Origin: Malassezia furfur
Taxonomy: Eukaryota
Assembly (NCBI GenBank): GCA_052055015.1
Contig: JBQJIT010000004.1
Direction: 5' to 3' (one strand)
DNA length: 22,234 bases
Positions 1 through 9,259 of the stretch are shown piece after piece (the stretch's first letter is position 1; each line of letters begins with the position of its first letter). The position numbers were made by a program, and so were the translations under genes. The notes beneath the pieces were generated by a model. The model ran no database searches. It was not told the DNA's origin and worked only from the letters and a program-made list of their open reading frames with translations.

Positions 1-958
1 CGCTAAAGGATGTTTCTATTGTACATAGCAATTTCACAAACTAAGCCTTAACATATCGTTCACAAGCTCATCCAGAATAACAAAAGAACATGCGTGTCCA
101 GCCATTAGTTCTACAACATGCCACTTTTTCTTGAGCCGTAATTTGAGCGCAGCTGTTTCCGCGAATATTCTCCATCATGGCTGGCACCGGTGTAGCCATA
201 GTTGCGGGCATCAAATTGAAAATTTTCTTATACTGTGTACCACTGCGCACAGTGGCGCATTAAGACGAAAGAGGAAATTGTTGGGCCCTGGGCATTAGAC
301 GAAGCGATGCCAAGTGGTGTAGAGGCCTCCGGCCTCCGGAGCTCCGCCACGATTGGCCCTCAAATCCGCTTCTTTTTCGCAGCTTCTGAATTTGGAGCGC
401 AATGCTGCTGCGCATCGGACGAGATTTCGTCATCGACATTGAGCCGGTGGTTTGCTTGAGAAACTTAACAAGTTTTTTTGAGCCACGCTTGGTACTTCTT
501 TCGCCATGATCCGCACGGTGCTACCACCGAGGCGATTTACGAGAATGTAAATGTTGCCTCGTTAGCTGCGATGCTGACTATATGTAGAGCAGCTGGTTAA
601 AAACACGCCCCTTAAGCACAATTTGAAGTCACTCCACGCTTCGCCTTGCTCGATTGCTGTAGCTGCCCTACGACAGACGGGCGAATTGATATTCCGAAAT
701 CAGCTGAATTATCAACAGGTACACCAAGGTCAATATAGCCACCTTGGTATTGATTGTACTTCATTCCCATGGCCCCAGGACCAGGGCAGTAAAGGACACG
801 AGCCACATGAACTGGAGAAAATGCACGGACGCGGGGGTTGCGATGACTAAGCGCGAAGTAGGTACATGCTCCGCAACGGTGTGTGGCATACCATCTCCCA
901 CGTACGCTTCGCTCGCCCAACTCCTCCTCGTTTGTGTAGGAGTCTTGTCCAGCTGACA

Positions 959-2122
959 ATGTCGCAAATTATGAACCTCGACCCCCTCGTTTCTGAGAAG
1001 TTCAAGGCGGCCGTCGATGCCGGTGATGCCTTCTTCTTCGACTCGACCGTGCACATTACGGGCAACCAGGACAAGAATCTCCCGCCTATTGCTTCGGTGC
1101 CGTGGCAAGTTCGGACGGTACCTGCTCTACTCAAGAAGCCTACAGCTAGCAAAGAGGAGCCGAAGGAAGATCCGAAGGATGAAAAACCGAAGCAAAACCA
1201 GAAGGATGTGTTTGCGCCTCCCTACGTACCGAACCTTCTCGTAAAAGAGTTCACTGATTTTACGGTGCTGCTGAACAAGTATTGCGTGCTTCCCAAGCAC
1301 TTTTTGATGGTGACAAAAGGTGCGCCGCGCGACTCACCCAGACTTTGTCAACCAGGAGCTTCCGCCCTCCCCTGAAATGCTTGCGTCGGTGTATCTCGTA
1401 ATTGACAGGCATCGCGCAGAGCATCCTGAAGCGGAGTTGCTGGGGTTCTTCAACTGCGGAAAAGACAGTGGTGCATCACAGCCGCACTGTCACTTCCAGA
1501 TGGTGGAGCTGGTGCCCGAAGATTCTTCGATGGCTGTGCCGATTGAGAACCTGTTGCAGCACATTGAGCGCGATGGGAAGGAGTACAGTACGTCTGCGGC
1601 TGACATAGGCGATGTTCATTTGCTGCCCGTTCCATGGCAGCATTTTGTCGTGCTGCTTGACCCCCCGGGCGACGAGACGCAGCTCACGACTTACTTGGGC
1701 CACCGCTTCACGCAATTGCTTGACTGCATGTTTGCTGCCGCGCGGGACTTGAGTGATATTGAAAAAACAGGACCGCGTCGTGGACCACCCCAGTTCAATA
1801 TCTTGCTCACCAAGCGAGCGATGCACCTTATTCCGCGGCGCCAGGAGGGCTTTGACCTGCGTACTACTGACTGGGCCCCGTACAAGGGCGGGGAAGCGCC
1901 GGAACATACGGGCACACTCAGCGTGAATGCGCTCGGTACGTCTTCCTTACTGATGCAGGGTACGCGGGTCTCTTTTTGACGAGGCACGAAGCCGAGTTGG
2001 AGGCGATGACCGACCCTTCGAACGCACGCATTGCGCATGTACTCTCCCAGACCGGCTTGCCGATCCCAATCCAGGAGGGCGCAGAAGCCCCAGTTGCAGA
2101 CAAAAAAAAGGCCGACGCCTAG
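959..2122 (+). CDS. APA2: Diadenosine tetraphosphate phosphorylase / ATP adenylyltransferase (Apa1/Apa2 family), 365 aa, 4 exons
   Basis: Exons 959-1319, 1342-1587, 1609-1935, 1959-2122 (introns 22, 21, 23 nt) join into one open frame. Family motifs: LLNKYCVLPKHFLMVT, GFFNCGKDSGASQPHCHFQ (HxHxQ), and SVNALGYAG, which forms only after splicing intron 3. Confidence 0.88.
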
Positions 2123-2133
2123 TTTGCCATGCT

Positions 2134-3520
2134 CTACATACCTTGGAATATACGAGAAATGTTGATAAAAAGAGCCAACACCAGCACAGCTCCGCCCCAG
2201 ATTCCGAGGAAGAAGGCAGACGAGTGCAGAGTCGTGTTCGGCTCGTCATCGTACATGCGACGATACAGCAGTGCAGGAAGAATGAAGGAGATGGTCGTGC
2301 TTCCGACCGATCCGACGATGCCCAGCACGATCGACAGATCGTCGATCAGCAGGCTCACCAGCAGGCCGGCCGTCATGAGTGCCAGCGTAAGGATTGACCA
2401 TCGCCGATCGTTCACCTCATAGTGATTCACTGGGTCCATCTCGGCAGAAGTAGGGCCGAGCATGGACTCCTCTGTGTCATCCGAGGAGAGGACATTTGCA
2501 TTCACTTCGAGCATGTTGATCAAACTCGCACGGCATGGGTATAGTTGCATCGGATAGCTAGTGAGCGTCAAAGCAATCACCGACAGCTTGCCAATGCTCA
2601 CAAATAAGCTCGAAGAAGGGTACATGGCGATGATGTTGTCACCCACCTGGGCACCGAACGTTGCATATCCCACCGACGCGACCACGACGTAGACCAACGC
2701 ACTGGCACCCAGGGAAACGATCGTCACAATCGACGAGCGCTTCACGGTACTGTCCTGCAGCTCGCTGTACACGGGAAGGATGTTTTGTGCGCATGTGTAC
2801 GCAAACACCATGATGGGGAAAGTGCGGAGCACGTCGGTCGAGAAGATCACCGCGGCGATCTCTCCGCGCGGCGGAAGCGAGGCGCGTGCCGTACTCGATA
2901 GGAAGTAATAAAGCATAATCACCAGCAGGTACAAAACCGCGGCCATGTTCAGGTACCCGATCCCGCGCATCTGGTGCAGCTTCCGGTAAAAACATACGGG
3001 GCTGACCAAAGCCAGCGACACAACCACCCACAGCAGCTTGCTGAGGAAGAAGGCAGGTACCGTGTGCGCATCACCACGGATCGACTGGGCAAAGCTCAAA
3101 ACCACCTGGGGCATCAGGTGGCCACAAATCATCAGATAAGACACGCCAACGCCAAAGCACTGGGTAAGCTACAAAATCGCATACCTTGACAAAGATGGTA
3201 GCATCAAAGTACCACACCGCCGAGGGCATCACCTGGCTCGTCATGTCATAAAAGCTCTGTGGGCGTCGCTCCATGCGCACCTCGCAAAGTTTAACGAGGT
3301 GCAGGCCAAAGTTGGTCACCATGGCGCATAGCAATACCAGCACCGTACCCAACAGCCATCCCATCGTCGCATAGGCGTGCGGCAGTGCGAGCATGCCAGC
3401 ACCGATAATGGTGTTAGTCAGGCCGCTGATACTGGATAGCACGGTGGCAGAACCGGACACCTCCTCACCATCTTCGCCCAGCGCAACAGCGCCGCGGCGC
3501 TCCTGCGTCGGTTCGTGCAT
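2134..3520 (-). CDS. Vacuolar amino acid transporter (AAAP/Aa_trans family, Avt5/6/7-like), 453 aa, 2 exons
   Basis: Exons 3520-3185 and 3159-2134; 25-nt intron GTATGC...CTTACCCAG. Motifs NTIIGAGMLALPHA, FVK|CFGVGVSYL, FAYTCAQN, SYPMQLYPCR, GSTTISFILP, and many hydrophobic segments. Confidence 0.88.
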
Positions 3521-3538
3521 CGCAGCCGGGAGGAACCC

Positions 3539-3563
3539 CACGTGGAGTGGGTTAGCCCACGTG
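3539..3563. promoter_or_regulatory. Two CCCACGTGG (CACGTG E-box) motifs in the 96-nt divergent promoter between the transporter and RAD51
   Basis: CACGTG at 3539-3544 and 3558-3563, with identical flanks. Confidence 0.45.
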
Positions 3564-3604
3564 GCCAAGTAACACTAGCGCGCGCGTGGTGGCGAACCGA
3601 CGCG

Positions 3605-3610
3605 ACGCGT
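3605..3610. promoter_or_regulatory. MCB-like element ACGCGT (within ACGCGACGCGT) just upstream of RAD51
   Basis: Exact ACGCGT ending 6 nt before the RAD51 ATG. MCB control of RAD51 is known in ascomycete yeasts; function here is untested and the site may lie in the 5' UTR. Confidence 0.35.
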
Positions 3611-3616
3611 CCCACG

Positions 3617-4717
3617 ATGGCTGAGGAACATGCGGCGGAACCGCAAGAGATGGAAGAGGTCATCGGACCGCTTCCCATCAGCAAGATGGAGGTATGCCGT
3701 TATGCTGATGACAGGAATTTGGCATTTCCGCATCGGATTGCAAGAAGCTCAAGGAGGCGGGCTTCCACACGCTCGAGAGCCTCGCGTTTACCCCCAAGAA
3801 AACGCTGGTGGGGATCAAGGGCATGTCGGAGCAAAAGGTGGACAAAATTCTAAGTGAAGGTACGCGTAAGGTACTCACCTAGCCGCCAAACTGGTCCCCC
3901 TTGGCTTCACCACCGCGACTGAGTACCATCAGCGCCGCTCGGATCTGATCACGATTACCACTGGTTCTCCCGCATTGGATCTCGTGATTGGCGGTGGGAT
4001 GGAGACGGGAAGCATCACGGAGCTCTTTGGCGAGTTTCGTACGGGGAAGAGCCAGATCTGTCATACTCTAGCCGTCACCTGCCAGCTGCCGATCGATATG
4101 GGCGGCGGAGAAGGCAAGTGCCTATACATCGACACTGAAGGCACCTTCCGTCCCGTGCGTCTTCTGGCTGTTGCTGAGCGGTTTGGTTTGGATGGTGAAG
4201 AGGTGCTCGACAACGTGGCGTATGCTCGGGCCTACAACGCTGACCATCAACTCGAGCTCCTCGTACAGGCGGCAGCGATGATGGCCGAGTCTCGGTTCGC
4301 CCTGCTGATCGTCGATTCTCTCACATCGCTGTACCGCACCGACTTTGCGGGGCGCGGTGAGCTATCGGCGCGTCAGACGCACCTCGCCAAGTTCCTACGC
4401 ACACTTCTACGCCTCGCTGACGAGTTTGGTGTCGCGGTAGTAATTACCAATCAGGTCGTGGCACAAGTGGACAACGCAGGGTTTGGCGGCATGGAGACCA
4501 AGAAACCGATTGGCGGCAATATCGTGGCCCATGCGTCTACGACACGGTACGTTGCGTCCTAATCCAGTTTGTCGCTCCGCAAGGGACGCGGGAACCAGCG
4601 GATTTGCCGCGTGGTAGACTCACCCTCCCTTCCCGAGGCTGATGCTGTGTTTGCTATCAAGCCAGAGGGCATCGCCGATCCAGTAGGTGAAGCGTGCGCT
4701 GACCGCAGGACGAGTAG
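3617..4717 (+). CDS. RAD51: DNA recombinase Rad51, 335 aa, 5 exons
   Basis: Exons 3617-3691, 3715-3859, 3883-4546, 4568-4682, 4709-4717 (introns 23, 23, 21, 26 nt). Walker A GEFRTGKS, Walker [47 protein letters not shown]. Confidence 0.96.
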
Positions 4718-4768
4718 TTGTTGTAGTGTAGCCACCTCCACATTCCCCACGCCGTGCCCATCCCCGCC

Positions 4769-5714
4769 ATGGCGTCCGAGGCACGCAAGGGTCTCGCGGC
4801 GTTCAGTGCGCGCGATGCCGCGCCGCGCTTCCAGTCACTGTGTGCATCTACTTTTTCAGCGCTTCAGGAGCGGATACGACTCGGTCATGAGGTCGCCATG
4901 TCAACTGAGGGCAGCGAGCATGCCTTCTTGCGCACCTTCCCCTACTTTGCGCGCGATAAAACCATCACTAAGAACTTGCATACCCTGATGGATGCGCTCG
5001 ACACATGGAATGCAACGCATGCAAATGGTGACCTCATACAAAGCGACGACATACCCACGCTTGAGCAGCTTTCCGACTGGACGGCAACTGTGCACCGATT
5101 GGTGCACTTGTTGGGCGAGACGAACAACGAGTTAAATGACCCTCGTGGCTCCGAAATGCTTTCGGAACTCCGATCTGCGTACGTTTTCGTCTGACACAGT
5201 CATCCACATGTGTTTGGGCTCGATGCAAAAACCGATGGCCCGTCTGACACCGCGCCGACACCGTCCGCCGCCGAACCTACCGAGCTAGTGGAGCGGCTGC
5301 CTGCGTCGCATCTCCCGCGCACCAAATTGATGTCCCACGTCGGCTCGATGCCATCGACGGGATTTGCACGCGACGAGGACGACGACCGTTTTGCCGCCCA
5401 GCAGCTCGCGCAGCAAAACATGGCATTCCGCCAGCAAGACACGCATTTGGACCATCTAAGTGCCTCCATCTCTCGGCAGCATGAGCTGAGTCTACGTATG
5501 AATGAGGAGCTGGAGCTCCACACTGATCTCCTACACGAACTCGACCGAGACGTTGATGACACAGGTCTGCGGTTGGGTGGCGCCAGCGACCGCCTCGAAC
5601 GTTTTCGGCGGAGCGTCAAGGAGCATGGTAGGTCACGTTGCTCACGCAGGCTCCGTATGGGTCATCTTCGTGCTAATTTTCGTGTTGGTCCTACTCATTT
5701 CGCTATTCAAGTAG
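4769..5714 (+). CDS. SYN8: Syntaxin-8-like Qc t-SNARE, 300 aa, 3 exons
   Basis: Exons 4769-5178, 5200-5627, 5650-5714 (introns 21, 22 nt). SNARE motif [34 protein letters not shown] has H at the zero layer as in fungal Syn8; the C-terminal TM anchor [18 protein letters not shown] joins only after splicing. Confidence 0.82.
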
Positions 5715-5721
5715 CAGGGTA

Positions 5722-6782
5722 TCATGCGTCAGTGAGCGGACAGCACTGGATTATTCCTCCCACCTACCAGGAATTCAACAAACGCATGGCCTGACGCGGC
5801 GACTGTGAGGGGTGCCGCGTTTCGTGGCATAGTCTGGGCATGGTGGCTTGCGATCATGAACTGAACGCTCAGCATCCCGTTATCGTCGATGCGCAGTGAC
5901 GTCTTGAGTGACGTCTTGATCGCCTGCAACATGTACGCAACGCATTGCAGTGGGTATGAACACGCGACCGACTCGACACAGTCAAACTTTTCCGTAAGTT
6001 GGTTTTCGTTCGGGAAGGAGATCTGGGTGAGTCGTAGACATGCCTCGGTGCTACCATGACTGTTTTCGGTGCTTAGGTCGAGCCCGCCGCGCTCGGTGCG
6101 CCCTTTGCGGGGATGAAAATGGATGTGCACTTGGGTTTCGCCGCCCGCATCGAGCTCCTGAAACGCACGCGCAAGATGCTCCGACTGAATCAGAAGTAGA
6201 CGCACCTTCATGATAACTTGTGCGACGGTCGCCTCGGGCGAGAACTGCAGGTCCGGAACCATACTCGAATCGAGCGTGCGCAGCCGAAAGTTCATGTCGA
6301 TGCGGCTCGTGTGTAGTCCAACGCTAAGTGGCTCACCAAAGTCCCGGTATGTGATTTCGACATAGTCACCTCGCCGGCGCGCATCCATACCCCGCGAATC
6401 GCTTGCATGCATGCGGCCTTCGAACAGCGTCAAACATTGTACCATCGTCGACACGTTGAGTTCGAAGCTTATATAAGGCTGGGCATCCTCGTCATCGCTG
6501 TCATCCCGATTCGCCAGTTCCATCCAGTTTCTCGGCGGCACGAACGTGTATTCATCAAAAATGGACGCGTAGAGGTAGGCGTGCGCTGCGTCAGCCAGCG
6601 TACCTACCCTGCACAGCCTTGTTCATCTCCGATACCACCTCGAGACCGGACGAGGAGATGGATACAGTCGCGAACTGGGTAAGAATGCCACGTACTGCCG
6701 TGAAGTTAACCGCGCGCAGCATGGCCGTCAGCATCGATGCGTCCGCGACGCGCGCATACAACACGCCGCGCGCCGTGGTCAT
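5722..6782 (-). CDS. RAD1: 9-1-1 checkpoint clamp subunit Rad1/Rec1/Rad17, 317 aa, 6 exons
   Basis: Exons 6782-6696, 6674-6608, 6585-6206, 6184-6044, 6022-5768, 5745-5722 (introns 21, 22, 21, 21 with GC donor, 22 nt). Rad1-like segments AVQAHAYLYASIFDEY, KTSLRIDDNGMLSVQFM and FVEFLCCP. Confidence 0.88.
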
Positions 6783-6843
6783 GGCCAATGCGGCGAGGTG
6801 GGATCACGTGCCGCGAAGTGACAGAGCACAGACGCGAACCTCG

Positions 6844-7915
6844 ATGGCCTCGTCGCAAGCACCGCAGAAGTCGGCGCCGCTGACGTGCCACGGGCACACG
6901 CGACCCGTGGTACACTTGGAGCACTCTGAGAAACAGGATGACGGGTCTTATCTGTTGCTGTCGAGCTGCAAAGACGGGAACCCTATGTACGTGGCATCTC
7001 TCTCACACAGGCTTCGAGACTGGCTGGGCGACTGGATCGGCACCTTCTTGGGTGCGTGTGTGCCACTAACGCAGGTCACAAGGGCGCAGTCTGGAGCGCC
7101 AAGCTCTCTGGAGGAGATGCGGCGCGTGCTATCACTGGGAGCGCCGATTTTTCCGCAAAAGTGTGGGATACGTACTCGGGCGAATGTGTACAGACCTTCA
7201 CGCACAACCACATTGTGCGAAGCGTTGCCGTGAACAGTGCTGGCACGCAGATGCTTACGGGTGGTCATGAGAAAAAATTGCGCCTGTTCGACCTGCAGCA
7301 CATAAAGGGAAACTCCGCGGAGGATGCACAGGTATTTGCTCCGAGGTTGGGATCCGATGACGGCACGACACACAGTGGAACCATTCGCAGTGTCGTGCTA
7401 GGCCGCGGAACTAGTGGAGCAGAGAATGTGGTGGTGACGGCTGCCGAAGACAAGTGCATCCAGTGGTGGGATGTGCGGACGATGCAGCCCGTCTACGAGT
7501 TGAATCTCGATGAGCCCTTTTCGTCGATGGAGCGCTGTGCAGGTGTCTATGGCGAGTACATCACCATTACTGCCGGCAATCAAGCGATGTTTTTGGACCT
7601 GATGACGTGCGTAAATGCCGCACTGACCACAGACACGAAATCGTGAGGCAGCACACGCTTGACATTGCGCCATCATCTGTGTACTTGCACCCGACCAAGG
7701 GCGACAAATTTGTTGCTGGGTGCAGTGCAGATGAGTGGGTGCGCGTGTATGACTTTGAGACGGCCAAGGTGCTAGACCTGAGCAAGGGACATCATGGCCC
7801 CGTCCATTGTGTAAGCTATGCACCCGATGGCGAAGTTGCTGCCAGCGGCAGCGAGGATGGTACGATCCGTCTGTGGCAGACCAATCCCGGAACCAAGTAC
7901 GGCCTCTGGTCGTAG
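6844..7915 (+). CDS. STRAP: STRAP/UNRIP-like WD40 repeat protein, 332 aa, 4 exons
   Basis: Exons 6844-6986, 7011-7051, 7075-7606, 7633-7915 (introns 24, 23, 26 nt). PLTCHGHTRPVV, SSCKDGNPMLRD, GDWIGTFLGHKGAVW, GHHGPVHCVSYAPDGE, SGSEDGTIRLW and the YGLW C-terminus are typical of STRAP. Confidence 0.9.
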
Positions 7916-8140
7916 GGTGGAGAATTGTACATACAAGGTTAAAAATTGGGAATGCGTGTCAACGAGGTTGCGATTGCGACACGACAGCTCACGACCCACG
8001 TTCCAGTGACGCATGTGGTAACGGGACACCATTCAATGCGGAGTATCGCTTCCATGAATGTGTGCATTACCGACAGACACAGAAAGATAGAGTATAAAGT
8101 GGGCGCAGCGCGTCCCCAGCATACACATGTACGGGCCACC

Positions 8141-9074
8141 ATGAGTTTGTCCAATACCTCCCCCCGGACAGAAAGCAAGGCGATGGCACGCCGGTTTCAG
8201 TGCCCGTATGAGCCATGCACCAAGTCGTTCGCCCGGCAGTCAGACTTGAACAGGTACGCTACCCGCTCATGTTAGACACGTCCGGATCCATACCAACGAA
8301 CGACCGTATGCATGCGCATATCCTGGATGCAACAGACGGTTTGTGCAGAGCAGCTCGCTTCGCGTCCACCTCAATGTTCACACGGGCGCACGTCCTTATA
8401 CTTGCGAGACTTGTTCGCGAGCCTTTAGCGACACGAGTTCGCTGTCACGGCATCGGCGCTCCCATACGGGCGTGCGTCCATACAAATGCGAGTTTGCAGG
8501 GTGTGACAAAGAGTTTTGTCGTCGCACAACCTTGCGACTCCACGTCCAGCGCGACCACGGCGAAACCTCATCGCCGTGGCCATGCAGCGACAGCGCACAG
8601 GCTGATCCCTCCGGGATGCCGCAAGCGCAGACAATGCAGTACAGTGCGCCTGTGCCTTACAATGCGTCGCAGCTCCTGGAGGACAACCTGGTATTCCCCA
8701 CGTGTGGTCAAGCTCAGGCACCTAGCGCGCCCGTGCACGCTCATCTCTCCGAGCGCCGCGTCGGGTCCCAGCCCGCACCGCTCCTTGTAACTCCGCCCCA
8801 AGCGCAGCTTGCACCGCAAACATCACTCTCTTCGATGTACGACGTGAGCTCATTACAATCGGCCATGTGCCTGAGCGCGCTGTCGTCGCCCGAGTGTTGG
8901 AGCTCGCCGGTAACCCCCGGTTTTCCGCTAACGCCCGTCACGGCTGCTTCCGCGCCGGTTGAACCGCCCAAGCATACGAGTATGCAAAATCAATTTCTGG
9001 ACCCGTGTACATGGTCAATGCCATTCGTACTGCATGGCGATGCGTCGCACTATGCCTCACACGTTTTTCTGTAG
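8141..9074 (+). CDS. C2H2 zinc-finger transcription factor (4 fingers, Pro/Ser/Gln-rich C-terminus), about 303 aa, 2 exons
   Basis: Exons 8141-8253 and 8276-9074; 22-nt intron GTACGC...CTCATGTTAG inside finger 1. Linkers HTNERPY, HTGARPY, HTGVRPY. The start could instead be the downstream ATG (MARRFQC). Confidence 0.87.
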
Positions 9075-9259
9075 TCTGTCGTTCGTTCCTAGTGTTGCTT
9101 TCACTCTGCCTCCACATATGCGCGTCGGGGCTCCAGCGACGCGTTGGTGCGCACTGATTTGGCTCAGTGGGCTGCACGTGAGCGAAAGTGACACAAGCCG
9201 CGGATACAGCCAGCCAAACGCGTCGGCTGCCCACGCATTCGTCTTCCGCCTGACCCGCG

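Noticed and set aside
240..255. Small hairpin CCACTG-CGCA-CAGTGG
   Set aside because: A 6-bp stem is expected by chance; no tRNA or snoRNA features recognised.
68..959. Short ORFs on both strands in the left end, including a stop-interrupted minus-strand frame starting MAKRSTKRGSKK
   Set aside because: No recognisable domain and no consistent intron model; a decayed gene cannot be excluded without a homology search.
2119..2141. Donor-like GTATGT at the transporter 3' end (possible 23-nt intron)
   Set aside because: No good branch motif, and splicing would run the CDS far antisense into the APA gene.
5896..5919. Perfect 12-bp tandem repeat GTGACGTCTTGA x2 in RAD1
   Set aside because: In frame (KTSLKTSL) and appears to fit the Rad1 fold without an obvious insertion.
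866..7915. Split ORFs resembling frameshifted pseudogenes or programmed frameshifts
   Set aside because: Every break is explained by a mini-intron with donor, branch and acceptor that restores conserved protein sequence.
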